Part shown: positions 18,591 to 29,114 of the stretch, piece by piece
Numbering within the stretch: the first letter of the stretch is position 1
Layout of the letters: every line of letters starts with the position of its first letter
Assembly: GCA_027729925.1 (NCBI GenBank)
Contig: JAQCEB010000001.1
Coordinates: forward strand, 23,419-87,418
Origin: Actinomycetota bacterium
Lineage (GTDB): Bacteria > Actinomycetota > Acidimicrobiia > Actinomarinales > Actinomarinaceae
Direction of reading: 5' to 3'
Length of the DNA: 64,000 nucleotides
Translations under genes and position numbers: made by a program
The notes under the pieces: generated by a model
What the model was told of the DNA's origin: nothing
What the model saw: only the letters and a program-made list of their open reading frames with translations
Database searches by the model: none

Positions 18591-19596
18591 AAAAATTTGC
18601 TTTTTTTGCGTTGGAACGGGAGGACATGTTCTTCCGGTAAAAAATTTAGTGAATGGACTTATAAAAAAAGGTATATCAAAAGAAAACATCTTAATTATTT
18701 CTGATAAAAGAGGAAGCGTTTTTTTAAAAAATATACCTGTTGAAGTAAAAACTTTTGATTTCTACTCTTCACAAAATGGAATAATTGGATATTTATTAAA
18801 TTTTAGAAAGATTTTTTCATCATTATTTCTTTTAAATAAGTATTTAAGAAATAAAGGCATCAGTATTTATTTTTCAACGGGATCTTATATATCTCCAATT
18901 GCAGGAATTATTTCAAAAATAAATAAAGGAAAGTTTTATATACAGGAACAAAATGTTTATGCAGGATTAGGTAATAAATTTGGATCAATTTTTGCGCATT
19001 CGATTTACACATCATTTAAAAATACATTAAACATTGACTCTAAAAAATGTAGATATATAGGTCCAATAGTGAATACAAAGTTAAAACCGCGAGAAAACGA
19101 ATTAGTAGTTTTAAAGAGTATTGGATTTTACGGAGGTAGCCAAGGCTCAGAACAAATAAATAAATATGTAGAGTTATACCTTAAAGATGATGCAAGCAAA
19201 GATTTCAAAATTATACATATTATGGGTGAAAAACACTTTAAAAAAGTAGAAACAGATAGATTATATAAAAATTATGGGTTCCTTGAAGATATGGATAGTT
19301 TTTTTAGTGAGATTTCAATTGTTGTTGGTAGGGCAGGAGGGGGTTCTTTAGAACCTGCATATTTAGGCATCCCCCAGATATTAATTCCCTATAAATATGG
19401 CACAACGTCATCACATCAAAGTTTAAATGCAGATTTTATTCAAAATAACGGATATGGTTATGTAGTTGAAAGTTATGAAAAAATGATTGAAACAATTAAG
19501 ATTATTTCTAATAACTTTGCAAGTAAAAGAAAGATACCCAATCTTAAATCAGGTAACAATACAATAATTGAGGAACTTTTCAATGAACTTCATTGA
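18583..19596 (+). CDS. murG: UDP-N-acetylglucosamine--N-acetylmuramyl-(pentapeptide) pyrophosphoryl-undecaprenol N-acetylglucosamine transferase
   Basis: GGTGGHVLP N-terminal motif and a GT28 C-terminal domain. Confidence 0.85.
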   Translation: MTKKICFFCVGTGGHVLPVKNLVNGLIKKGISKENILIISDKRGSVFLKNIPVEVKTFDFYSSQNGIIGYLLNFRKIFSSLFLLNKYLRNKGISIYFSTGSYISPIAGIISKINKGKFYIQEQNVYAGLGNKFGSIFAHSIYTSFKNTLNIDSKKCRYIGPIVNTKLKPRENELVVLKSIGFYGGSQGSEQINKYVELYLKDDASKDFKIIHIMGEKHFKKVETDRLYKNYGFLEDMDSFFSEISIVVGRAGGGSLEPAYLGIPQILIPYKYGTTSSHQSLNADFIQNNGYGYVVESYEKMIETIKIISNNFASKRKIPNLKSGNNTIIEELFNELH

Positions 19597-20902
19597 TAAA
19601 TATCAAAATGTTTTTATTTTAGGCATTGGTGGCTCAGGAATGAGTTCAATAGCAAAATTTTTAAAGCAAAAAGGACATGAGGTTAGTGGATACGATCAAA
19701 GACAGTCTTATGTAACAAATTTACTTGAAAATGACGGTATTCAATCTATACATGATTTAAATAATAAGAATTATGAAAATTCGGTGCTTTATATAGTATC
19801 TTCGGCAATGAAACTTGAAAACACTTTTCTAAAAAGTTTTTTACATATGGATAACGTAATGACAAGACCTCAGTTTTTGAAAAAATTATCAGAAGAATTT
19901 GAGATAATTGGCGTAACAGGCACTCACGGTAAAACTTCAACCACAGCTTTAATTGCTCATATTCTTCATTTTAATAAAATTAACGTATCTTATATTTTTG
20001 GAGGCGTAACTTCTTTTAATGGCATTGGAGGTCATTATGGTAGTTATAAAAAACTTTTAATTCTTGAAACTGATGAAGCTTTCAATACTTTTGAAGAAAT
20101 AGAAATTTCAAATTTACTAGTGACGAACATAGATAATGATCATATTGATCATTACGGAAGTTTTGAAAAATTAGTTAATGCATTTAATAATGTTTTGTTA
20201 AAAGTTAAAAACAAAAAAATTATAAATATTGATGATCCAGAGCTAAACAATCTTAAATTAAATGAGTATATTTCTTATGGTCTTTCAGAGCTTGCTGATT
20301 ATAAAATTACATATCCAAATACTTTCGAATATAGAGGTAAATCGTATAAAATCATCACAAAACTAATTGGTAATCATTTTATCTCTAATATTGTTGGAGC
20401 AATAGCATTAGTTCAATCACTAGGGGTAAATATCGAAGATGCTTTATTGTCGATAGAATATTTTAATGGAGTAAAAAGAAGGACTGAATTTATTGGTGAA
20501 TATAACAATATTAAAATTTATGATGATTATGGTCATCATCCAACTGAAATTCAATCAACAATTACTGCTTTAAAAGAAAAGTTCGATGGTAAGTTAGTTA
20601 CTATTTTTCAACCTCATAGATATACAAGAACTCGAGATAACTTCAAAAACTTAAAGGCGAGTATTTCAACTTCTGATGTAACTTTTATAACGGATGTCTT
20701 TCCAGCAGGAGAAGAACCTATTCCTGGAATACATAGTTCAAAATTTGAAGACAATAAAATAAAGTATATAAAATCACCAAGAATGTTACTTCAGCTTATT
20801 AAAAATGAAGTAAAGCCTGGTGATGTTATTTTAACCATAGGAGCAGGAGATATAACCTTATTAGGTCCAGAAATATTAAGGTACTTAAATGAAGAAAAAT
20901 AA
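19568..20902 (+). CDS. murC: UDP-N-acetylmuramate--L-alanine ligase
   Basis: GIGGSGMSSIA and GVTGTHGKTSTT motifs. An alternative ATG at 19583 would shorten the overlap with murG. Confidence 0.9.
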   Translation: MRNFSMNFIDKYQNVFILGIGGSGMSSIAKFLKQKGHEVSGYDQRQSYVTNLLENDGIQSIHDLNNKNYENSVLYIVSSAMKLENTFLKSFLHMDNVMTRPQFLKKLSEEFEIIGVTGTHGKTSTTALIAHILHFNKINVSYIFGGVTSFNGIGGHYGSYKKLLILETDEAFNTFEEIEISNLLVTNIDNDHIDHYGSFEKLVNAFNNVLLKVKNKKIINIDDPELNNLKLNEYISYGLSELADYKITYPNTFEYRGKSYKIITKLIGNHFISNIVGAIALVQSLGVNIEDALLSIEYFNGVKRRTEFIGEYNNIKIYDDYGHHPTEIQSTITALKEKFDGKLVTIFQPHRYTRTRDNFKNLKASISTSDVTFITDVFPAGEEPIPGIHSSKFEDNKIKYIKSPRMLLQLIKNEVKPGDVILTIGAGDITLLGPEILRYLNEEK

Positions 20903-21749
20903 AGTTGAACTAAGTAAAATAACAACTTACAGATTTGGTGGCGAATGTAAAAGTTTTTATTCAATAAACTCTCCTAATCAAATTGAAGAAGTGCTATCTC
21001 AATCAATTAATGATGAAATATTTGTACTTGGAAAAGGTTCAAATATAGCTTTTTCTGATGATGATTATCCCGGAACAATAGTTAAAAATGAAATTGAATT
21101 TATAAAATTAATAGATGACAAAGGAAGTATTAATGTCGGAGCTGGTACCTATTTACCAGATCTTTCAAGATTTTTATATGAACAAGAATTGACAGGAGGG
21201 GAGTTTCTATTAGGTATTCCTGGAACAGTAGGTGGAGCTATAAAAATGAATGCCGGTTGCTATGGCTATGAAATTGGAAATTACGTTACTTCGGTAATTT
21301 GTTATGACTTAAAATTAAAAAAAGTAATTGAACTTCAATCAGATAAAATTAGATTTAAATATAGAGAATCTTCTAACTTAGAAAATTTAATTATCTTGTC
21401 TGCCAAACTTAAATTTGATTTTTCTGAAAAACAAGTTATTAAAAAAATAATGTCTGAAATGAATGATTTAAGAAAAAAATCACAACCTTCTGCTATATAT
21501 AATGCAGGTTCAGTTTTTAAAAATCCGGAAGGTCATTATGCAGCTGAATTGATTGAAAAAGCAGGTCTTAAAGGTTACGAAATTGACAAAGTTAGCGTAA
21601 GTTTAAAACACGCAAATTTTTTTGTAGCAAAAAAAGGAGCATCAGCAAAATCTTTATTTAAGCTTGTTCAACATGTTAAAAATATTGTTGAGGATAAATA
21701 CGGTGTTCAGCTTAAAGAAGAGATAATATTTATTGGAAAATTTAGTTAA
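20889..21749 (+). CDS. murB: UDP-N-acetylenolpyruvoylglucosamine reductase
   Basis: FAD-binding GIPGTVGGAIKMNAGCYG motif and the MurB C-terminal domain. Confidence 0.85.
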   Translation: MKKNKVELSKITTYRFGGECKSFYSINSPNQIEEVLSQSINDEIFVLGKGSNIAFSDDDYPGTIVKNEIEFIKLIDDKGSINVGAGTYLPDLSRFLYEQELTGGEFLLGIPGTVGGAIKMNAGCYGYEIGNYVTSVICYDLKLKKVIELQSDKIRFKYRESSNLENLIILSAKLKFDFSEKQVIKKIMSEMNDLRKKSQPSAIYNAGSVFKNPEGHYAAELIEKAGLKGYEIDKVSVSLKHANFFVAKKGASAKSLFKLVQHVKNIVEDKYGVQLKEEIIFIGKFS

Positions 21750-22453
21750 TGTACGACCAATTTGAGTTAGTACAAAAAAGAACTTTCAAAACTTTTTTGA
21801 ATTTTTCATTTCTTATACTTTTGTTAATTTTAATATTTTTTACAATTTTATCTACAAAATATAGGGTAACAAATTTTGAAATAAAAAGAATCGAAAGTAG
21901 CTCAGTAGTGTTAAACCTTGGTAGCTTAGAATCGATTAAAGGCGAATCAATATGGTTGGTTAATGAATCTGATTTTGAAAAAGCAATTAAGGAAAATAAT
22001 ACAATTGAAAACATAATATTTACAAAAAACTTACCTAATAGTCTTTTAATTGAGATAAAAGAATTTGAGTCTATTGCTAAGATTATAGATTTTAGGAATA
22101 GTATTCCTAAAAATACAATTCTGTTTAAAAATCAATTAGAAGTAGAAAATTCAAGTAATGATTATCAACTACCACTTGTTACTATAACAAACGGACCTGT
22201 GGCAGAAAACTTTAGTGGAGAATTAGTATCTTTTTTTGTAACTTTAAAAAAATACAATTTAAACATTTCTGATTTTTCTTTAGTACACAATGGATCTAAT
22301 TTAATAGGGGAGTTTCGTGGATTGAGTATCTATTTCGGTCAACCAATTGACCTTGGAACTAAAGCTTCTGTAATAGGAGATTTTTTAAGTAACAAATCTT
22401 GTAGCGGAGAAATAAGGTTCCTTACATCAGAAGAAATAGTGTCTAACTGTTAA
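21749..22453 (+). CDS. ftsQ: cell division protein FtsQ/DivIB-like
   Basis: N-terminal TM helix plus a POTRA-like region. Positioned between murB and ftsZ. No ftsA follows. Confidence 0.55.
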   Translation: MYDQFELVQKRTFKTFLNFSFLILLLILIFFTILSTKYRVTNFEIKRIESSSVVLNLGSLESIKGESIWLVNESDFEKAIKENNTIENIIFTKNLPNSLLIEIKEFESIAKIIDFRNSIPKNTILFKNQLEVENSSNDYQLPLVTITNGPVAENFSGELVSFFVTLKKYNLNISDFSLVHNGSNLIGEFRGLSIYFGQPIDLGTKASVIGDFLSNKSCSGEIRFLTSEEIVSNC

Positions 22454-22479
22454 TCTATATCTAAACTATAGATATAGAT
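22453..22479. repeat. AT-rich 11-bp inverted repeat at the ftsQ stop / ftsZ upstream region
   Basis: atctatatcta (22453-63) - aacta - tagatatagat (22469-79), perfect 11-bp arms. Confidence 0.5.
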
Positions 22480-22546
22480 AATTTAATAAAAAATTCTTGT
22501 TTATTTATATTGAGCTGATATTATTTTTTTATTAATTGGAGAAGGA

Positions 22547-23608
22547 ATGACATCTAAAACAAAAAATAATAAAGGAGTTAATTTAAACATGAGACCTAAA
22601 AACTACACAGCTGTAATTAAAGTTGTTGGTGTTGGTGGCGGTGGCACTAATGCTGTAAACAGAATGATCAAAATGGGAATAAAGGGTGTAGATTTCATAG
22701 CTGCTAACACCGATGCGCAGAGTTTACTTGGTTCTAAAGCAGATTTAAAATTGGATTTAGGCAGAAAAACTACTAGAGGTTTAGGTGCTGGTGCTAACCC
22801 TGAAGTAGGAAGGCAAGCAGCAATTGATTCAAGAGAGCTAATTGAAGAAGCTCTAAAAGGATCAGATATGGTTTTTATAACTGCTGGTGAAGGTGGAGGT
22901 ACAGGTACTGGTGCTTCACCTATAATTGCTGAAATTGCTCATGAAATGGGTGCATTAACTGTAGGAGTTGTCACTAGGCCATTTGGATTCGAAGGAAGAA
23001 GAAGATCTGTACAAGCAGAAGAAGGTGTACAGGCTTTAAGAGATGTGCTGGACACATTAATTGTTATTCCTAATGATAGACTATTACAAATTAGTGATAA
23101 AGATATAAAAGCTAGTGAAGCTTACATTAAGTCAGATGAAATTTTATCAAATGGTGTTAAGGGTATTTCAGGCTTAATTACTCAACCAGGTGTTATAAAT
23201 GTAGACTTTGCTGATGTGAGAACAATATTAAAAGATGCTGGAAATGCTGTTTTAGGTATTGGAAGATCAACAGGTGAGCAAAGAGCTCCTAATGCAGCAC
23301 AAGCTGCAATATCATCACCACTTCTTGAAGCTACTATGGATGGAGCAGAGGGTGTTTTAATTACAGTATCAGCTTCAGATGATTTAAAACTACAAGAAAT
23401 CAATGAAGCTGCAAGAGTTATAACTGAAAAAGCTGATGACAATGCAGAGATAATTTTTGGACATACCGTTGATGAGACTCTCGGTGATGCTGTTGAAGTT
23501 ACCGTTGTGGCAGCTGGTTTTGGTCCGAGACCTAACAGAAGACCTAAAAATAACATAAGTTATGAAAATAATAATGGAGATGATTTACCAGACTTTATTA
23601 AAGGATGA
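22547..23608 (+). CDS. ftsZ: cell division GTPase FtsZ
   Basis: Tubulin signature [19 protein letters not shown], and a C-terminal conserved peptide [17 protein letters not shown] ribosome-binding site. Confidence 0.95.
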   Translation: MTSKTKNNKGVNLNMRPKNYTAVIKVVGVGGGGTNAVNRMIKMGIKGVDFIAANTDAQSLLGSKADLKLDLGRKTTRGLGAGANPEVGRQAAIDSRELIEEALKGSDMVFITAGEGGGTGTGASPIIAEIAHEMGALTVGVVTRPFGFEGRRRSVQAEEGVQALRDVLDTLIVIPNDRLLQISDKDIKASEAYIKSDEILSNGVKGISGLITQPGVINVDFADVRTILKDAGNAVLGIGRSTGEQRAPNAAQAAISSPLLEATMDGAEGVLITVSASDDLKLQEINEAARVITEKADDNAEIIFGHTVDETLGDAVEVTVVAAGFGPRPNRRPKNNISYENNNGDDLPDFIKG

Positions 23609-24192
23609 TTAAATCAAAATCAATTAGTAACGCAATATTTACAAATTGTGAAGATGGAAGCATCTCAGAAATTTTAAAAAATTTTAAAATTAAAGAATAT
23701 TCTGAGATGCACCAGACTCATTCAGACAAATTCTTAATAATTAAACAATCAGGAATTTATAAAGCAGATGCTCTGATTACGAATGAAAAAAACTTACCAC
23801 TTATTGTAAAAACTGCTGACTGTATGCCAATATTGGTTTCTGATGATATTAATGTTTCAGCTATTCATGCAGGCTGGAGAGGGTTACAAAAGAAAATTTT
23901 AGAAAAAACTTTATCTTCTTTTAATAAACCAACTTTGAAAGTTTTTATTGGACCGCATGCACAAAAATGTTGTTATGAAGTTAAAAATGATGTTGCATTT
24001 TATTTCAAAAAATTCATAGTCAAGAGGGAAGGAAAAATATTTTTAAACATGACTGGTGTCGTTCAAAATTATTTAAACACTTTCAAAATTAAGTATGAAA
24101 TATCAGATGATTGCACTATTTGCAATCCAGATTATTTTTCCTACAGAGAGAATAAAACTCCAAATAGACAATTTGGAATTATATGGATTTAA
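23605..24192 (+). CDS. pgeF: peptidoglycan editing factor PgeF / YfiH-family (laccase-domain) protein
   Basis: DUF152-like His/Cys region ([14 protein letters not shown]). Canonical position after ftsZ. Confidence 0.65.
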   Translation: MIKSKSISNAIFTNCEDGSISEILKNFKIKEYSEMHQTHSDKFLIIKQSGIYKADALITNEKNLPLIVKTADCMPILVSDDINVSAIHAGWRGLQKKILEKTLSSFNKPTLKVFIGPHAQKCCYEVKNDVAFYFKKFIVKREGKIFLNMTGVVQNYLNTFKIKYEISDDCTICNPDYFSYRENKTPNRQFGIIWI

Positions 24193-24797
24193 AAAATTTT
24201 AATAAAATTTATAAAAAAATTAAAGAATATTCGGCAAAACTTTTACCAGTAGTCAAAAATAGAAGTGTTGATGAAATAAGATTTTTGTATGAATTTGGAA
24301 TAACAGATTTCGGTGAAAATAGAATTGAAGATTATGAGAAACATAAAAATTCTTATAATGATGTTAATTATCACTTTCTGGCTCCTCTACAATCAAGAAA
24401 AATTAAATATATTTCAGAAAATTTTCAAGTAATACATTCAGTTCAAAGGAAAAAAGAAGTTGATTTATTAAATAAACAGCAAAGTAAAAGTAATATTTTT
24501 TTACAAATTAATCTTGATAAAGACTTAAACAAAAGCGGTATATATAAAGAGGAGTTGTTTGATTTATATGATTATTGTCTAAAAAAGTCAATTCAACCTG
24601 TCGGGCTTATGACGATTCCAAATATAAATTCAGATCCAAAGTTAGTATTTTCTCAATTATCACAATTGAATACAATATTAAAAAAAGATAATGCAAATTA
24701 TCCAGGGGAACTTTCTATGGGCATGTCGAAAGACTATGAAATTGCACTAGAATACGGTGCTACAATAGTACGTATAGGAACTAAACTATTTAAATAA
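24183..24797 (+). CDS. yggS: YggS-family pyridoxal-phosphate homeostasis protein
   Basis: Alanine-racemase N-terminal barrel-like. Syntenic after pgeF. Confidence 0.65.
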   Translation: MDLKNFNKIYKKIKEYSAKLLPVVKNRSVDEIRFLYEFGITDFGENRIEDYEKHKNSYNDVNYHFLAPLQSRKIKYISENFQVIHSVQRKKEVDLLNKQQSKSNIFLQINLDKDLNKSGIYKEELFDLYDYCLKKSIQPVGLMTIPNINSDPKLVFSQLSQLNTILKKDNANYPGELSMGMSKDYEIALEYGATIVRIGTKLFK

Positions 24798-25234
24798 TGT
24801 TAGAAAAATTTCTTATTTCAATTGGATTAAAGCAACCTGACAGGGTGAGCGACTTTGTTAGAAGTGAACCTAGTACTGTTAGACCGTCTGACGAAAACAG
24901 ATTTATGGAAACAGACATAATTGGAGATGTTCGTATTCATTCTCCAAAAGATGAAGTAGAAATTAAAGCTTTACGATCTTTCTCTGAAATTCATAACTTA
25001 GGAATTGCTATAAAAGATGAATTCATTGTAGCTATGGATATTAGAGATATACCTGATCAAAATGAAAGAAGAAGAATTGTTGATTTTGTAACAGGTATGG
25101 CGTTTATGAGTAATTCTAAAATTCGCTCAATAAACAAAGACGGAGTATTTTTAATTCTTCCTTCAAATTCTTCACTAAGCACTCAAGAAAGGCAGAGATT
25201 ACAAGAACTTGGCCTTTATAAAATAAATGTGTAG
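24797..25234 (+). CDS. sepF: cell division protein SepF
   Basis: DUF552 C-terminal domain (VRIHSPKDEV...GIAIKDEFIVAMD). Syntenic between yggS and yggT. Confidence 0.7.
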   Translation: MLEKFLISIGLKQPDRVSDFVRSEPSTVRPSDENRFMETDIIGDVRIHSPKDEVEIKALRSFSEIHNLGIAIKDEFIVAMDIRDIPDQNERRRIVDFVTGMAFMSNSKIRSINKDGVFLILPSNSSLSTQERQRLQELGLYKINV

Positions 25235-25493
25235 TCTTACGTATTTATTATTTAGAGTATTTTATTACTCTCTTTTCGCGTGGATAATTTTGAGTTGGGT
25301 ACAGGTACCCTATGATCATCCAATAGGTCAAATTAAAAATGTCCTAAATAGGTATTTTGAAAAAATATTGTATCCAATTAGATCACGTGTACCAGTATTA
25401 CGTTTAGGTGTAGCAGGTATTGATTTATCACCACTTATATTAATTATTGGATTTCAATTTTTACAACCTTATGTTTTAAGAATTGTTTGTTAA
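25227..25493 (+). CDS. yggT: YggT-family membrane protein
   Basis: 88 aa, two TM helices. Syntenic after sepF. Confidence 0.6.
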   Translation: MCSLTYLLFRVFYYSLFAWIILSWVQVPYDHPIGQIKNVLNRYFEKILYPIRSRVPVLRLGVAGIDLSPLILIIGFQFLQPYVLRIVC

Positions 25494-28400
25494 TTTTTCG
25501 AATTGAAAATCAATTTTATAATTAAATATTTCATTTACTACTGCATCATTTTCGATATTTAGTTCAACAGATAGAGTTTCATTATTAATATAATTTGAAA
25601 ATTTTTTAATAGTTTCTTTTGCAAATACATCTTTAGTTTGAAAATTAAGTCTGATTCTATCAGAAACATTTAAATTCTTATTTTTTCTTTCTTTCTGAAT
25701 AGCAGATACAATTTCCCTAGAAAGTCTTTCCATGAGCAAATCGTCATTTAGATCTGTATTGAGATAAATACTAAAATCTTCAACTATTTCTAAAGATTTA
25801 CTGTCCACTTTGTTTATCAATATAGTTTCTATATCACTTGTTTGAATTTCAATATTTTCTATAACAACACTTGTCTTGGTAAGAATTGAATTTTTTAAAT
25901 CATTAGAAGGTTGTAATAAAATTTTAGATATCTTATTAATTTCGGATCCTAATTTTGGACCTAAATTTTTATAATTCGGTTTAAATTTGTATTCAACCCA
26001 GTTATCTATATCATTATCAAACAAAATATTTTTAACATTTATTTCATTAGATATTAAGTTTCTAACTGTTTTAATTTTGTTTATAACTTCATCATTATTT
26101 GAGATAATAGTTAAAGATTCTAATGATTGCTTATTAGGGAGCTTAAGTTTAACCCTTAAATTCCGTACACTTTTAATAATTTTTTTTGCGAATTCTATAC
26201 TTTCTTCTAGTTCATTATTAATTAAATTTTCATCTACTTCAGGATAAGAACAAAAGTGAACGCTCTCATTCTCACTCAAAGTTAAACCTTGATATATTTT
26301 CTCACTTGTAAAGGGAAGTACTGGGGCAATGCATTTAGAAAAATCTAATAAAACTTCATGTAGTGTTTTAAATGCATTTATTTTATCTATGTCGTTACCA
26401 TCTTTTTCTTTCCAAAACCTTTTCCTGTTTGACCTTACATACCAATTCGTAAGTTCATCAACAAAGTTAAGTAATGGGGGGATTACTTCATATAAATAGT
26501 AATTTTCCATTTTTTCGTTTACAGTTTTTATTAAGGATTGCAGCGAAGATATAATCCATTGATCCATTAAAGCTCTGTCTTCAACGGGGGATGCTTTTTT
26601 AAGTTCTTCGAAGGTAATTTTGTCTGCATTTGCATATGTAGAAAAGAATGAAAAACTATTCCACAAAGGTAAAATAATGTTTCTGGTAACCAACTTTACC
26701 CCTTCTTCAGAAAATTTTAAAGGTTCACCTCTAACTACTGGAGAGTCTATTAGATAAGCTCTTAAGCTATCTCCTCCGTATTTATTTAATAATTCTTCAG
26801 GGTCAGGGTAGTTTTTTAAGCTTTTACTCATTTTTCTACCATCTTCTGCAAGAATCATGCCCGTTGTTATACAATTTTTAAAAGCTACTGAATCAAATAA
26901 AGCAACCGCAAGAACTGTTAATGTATAAAACCACCCTCTTGTTTGGTCTAAACCTTCTGCTATAAAATCAGCAGGAAATCCTTCAAAGAATGCATCACTA
27001 TTTTCAAAAGGATAATGTTGTTGACCATACGGCATAGAACCTGATTCAAACCAACAATCAAGAACTTCAGAGGTTCTTCTGTAAGTTTTACCATCAATTA
27101 TTATTTCAAGATCGTCTAAATAATGCCTATGCAAATCAGTTATTTTTGAGCCAGTTAAAACTTCTAGTTCTTTAACTGAACCTATACAAATTAAATCGTT
27201 TGGATCTTCTATGTTAATCCATATAGGTATACAGCTTCCCCAATATCTATTTCTGCTTATTGCCCAGTCTCTTGCATTAGAAAGCCAATTAGAAAATCTC
27301 TTTTCACCAATAAAACCAGGAACCCAATGTGTAGATTTATTTAATTCGACCATTCTTTCTTTAATTTTTTCTACATTTACGAACCAAGTTGGAATAGCTT
27401 TATAAATCAATGGAGTTCCTGTTCTCCAACAATAAGGATATGAGTGATATTCTGTTGTCTTAGAAAATAATCGACCTCTTTGTTCCAATTGATTTATGAT
27501 TAGCTTGTCTGCATCTTTAACATTAATACCTTCCAATTCTTCAAAAGTAGAATCAAACTTTCCACTTAAAGTAACAGGGTCTGCTATCACATCGATATTC
27601 GAGTTTTTTAAACAATAGAAATCACTTTCACCATATGCTGGGGCTTGAGAAACTAAACCAGAACCAGATTCAGTATTTGTATCATCGCTATGGATAATTC
27701 TAAATGCTCCATCATCAAATAAATGTTCATATTCAGAATAGGCAGGAAAATATGAAGCACCTAAAAGATCTTTACCTAAACAATTATCAACAAATTCAAG
27801 TTCATAGCTTTCTAGCTCTATTAATCTTTCATTTGCTATCCAGTAATAGTTATTTTCAATCTTAATTCTTGTATATTCTATATGTTTACCTACAGCTATA
27901 GCTAGATTTCCAGGTATGCACCATGGGGTTGTAGTCCATATTAGGAATTGATCATCTTTTTTAACTTTATTAAAGTCTTCTCTAGCTTTAAGTGTAAAAA
28001 ATATAGAAGGGTCTTCAACCTCTCTATAGTCCATATTTGCTTCAAAATTGGAAAGTGGGGTAGAAGCTGCCCATGAATATGGCAAAACTTTGTAGTCTTT
28101 ATAAATTAAACCTTTTGTCCAAAGTTCTTTGAATACCCACCACACACTTTCCATAAAGTCAATGTCCATTGTTTTGTAATCATTTTCAAAATCAACCCAT
28201 CTTCCAATTTTACGTGTGATCTTTTCCCAATTTTCTGTATTTGTTTGTACTTGGGTTCTGCAAGCTTCATTAAATTTGTCGATACCAAATTCATCAATCT
28301 GTTGAGGGTCTTCAAGGTTTAATTTTTTTTGGACTTCCATTTCAATTGGTAAACCGTGTACATCCCAACCAAATCGCCTCTCAACATAATAACCTCGCAT

Positions 28401-28619
28401 TGTCCAGTATCTAGGGACAATATCTTTTATTACACCAGCTAATAAATTACCGTAATGAGGACTTCCAGTTGGGAAAGGTGGACCATCATAAAATCTAAAA
28501 ACTTTGTCATTTTTTCTATTATCCATAGAAATTTTAAAAGCATTAATTTTATCCCAGTATTCAGAAATTTCAGTTTCTAACTTTGGTAAATCTACATTAG
28601 ATGGAACACTTTTAAACAT
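25476..28619 (-). CDS. ileS: isoleucine--tRNA ligase
   Basis: 1047 aa. HYGN (HIGH-type) motif PFPTGSPHYGNLL, KMSKS motif, CP1 editing domain, and a C-terminal zinc-less anticodon-binding domain. Confidence 0.95.
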   Translation of the reverse strand: MFKSVPSNVDLPKLETEISEYWDKINAFKISMDNRKNDKVFRFYDGPPFPTGSPHYGNLLAGVIKDIVPRYWTMRGYYVERRFGWDVHGLPIEMEVQKKLNLEDPQQIDEFGIDKFNEACRTQVQTNTENWEKITRKIGRWVDFENDYKTMDIDFMESVWWVFKELWTKGLIYKDYKVLPYSWAASTPLSNFEANMDYREVEDPSIFFTLKAREDFNKVKKDDQFLIWTTTPWCIPGNLAIAVGKHIEYTRIKIENNYYWIANERLIELESYELEFVDNCLGKDLLGASYFPAYSEYEHLFDDGAFRIIHSDDTNTESGSGLVSQAPAYGESDFYCLKNSNIDVIADPVTLSGKFDSTFEELEGINVKDADKLIINQLEQRGRLFSKTTEYHSYPYCWRTGTPLIYKAIPTWFVNVEKIKERMVELNKSTHWVPGFIGEKRFSNWLSNARDWAISRNRYWGSCIPIWINIEDPNDLICIGSVKELEVLTGSKITDLHRHYLDDLEIIIDGKTYRRTSEVLDCWFESGSMPYGQQHYPFENSDAFFEGFPADFIAEGLDQTRGWFYTLTVLAVALFDSVAFKNCITTGMILAEDGRKMSKSLKNYPDPEELLNKYGGDSLRAYLIDSPVVRGEPLKFSEEGVKLVTRNIILPLWNSFSFFSTYANADKITFEELKKASPVEDRALMDQWIISSLQSLIKTVNEKMENYYLYEVIPPLLNFVDELTNWYVRSNRKRFWKEKDGNDIDKINAFKTLHEVLLDFSKCIAPVLPFTSEKIYQGLTLSENESVHFCSYPEVDENLINNELEESIEFAKKIIKSVRNLRVKLKLPNKQSLESLTIISNNDEVINKIKTVRNLISNEINVKNILFDNDIDNWVEYKFKPNYKNLGPKLGSEINKISKILLQPSNDLKNSILTKTSVVIENIEIQTSDIETILINKVDSKSLEIVEDFSIYLNTDLNDDLLMERLSREIVSAIQKERKNKNLNVSDRIRLNFQTKDVFAKETIKKFSNYINNETLSVELNIENDAVVNEIFNYKIDFQFEKLTNNS

Positions 28620-28736
28620 ATGAAAAGATTATAAAAAGGTTTCGTTTCAACATTACTAAATTTTAATAGTATTAAATTATGAAAATTATGTACTTTAATT
28701 AGAAAATGTGTAATATACAGTATTAAATAAAGAGCA

Positions 28737-29114
28737 ATGGTTAGAAAATTATCAACAAATACAGTTAATAAATTTAAGAAAAAACTTCTTGAAGAAAAAG
28801 AACAATTGACAAAAACGCTTGAGCAGCATCAAATAGAACGTGAAAAAGTTAGACTTTCTGAAGCATCTGCAGAAAGAAGCCCGGATCCAAGCTCAGCAGA
28901 TGGGGGATCTATGGCATTTGAACTTGAAAAAGAACTAACTTTAGATGAAAATACTAGACATTTATTAAATCAAGTTGATCATGCTCTTGTTCTGATACAA
29001 AAAAAGAAATATGGTAATTGCGAAAACTGCAATGAGTCAATTCCATTAGCTAGATTGGAAGCTTTACCTTACTCTACGCATTGCAAGAGTTGCGCTGTCT
29101 TAATTGAATCTTAA
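28737..29114 (+). CDS. DksA/TraR-family C4-type zinc-finger protein
   Basis: C-terminal CENCNESIPLARLEALPYSTHCKSCA four-Cys zinc finger after a coiled-coil N-terminal region. Confidence 0.65.
   Translation: MVRKLSTNTVNKFKKKLLEEKEQLTKTLEQHQIEREKVRLSEASAERSPDPSSADGGSMAFELEKELTLDENTRHLLNQVDHALVLIQKKKYGNCENCNESIPLARLEALPYSTHCKSCAVLIES

Noticed and set aside
23182-23556. 124-aa reverse-strand ORF inside ftsZ
   Set aside because: Antisense shadow of the Gly/Ala-rich FtsZ coding region.
28620-28736. Looked for a T-box riboswitch in the ileS leader (- strand), since actinobacterial ileS genes commonly have one
   Set aside because: The divergent spacer is only 117 nt and contains no T-box consensus (no AGGGUGGNACCGCG-like element and no GC-rich terminator or sequestrator). 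ileS here appears to lack a T-box leader, and the absence cannot be developed further from sequence alone.
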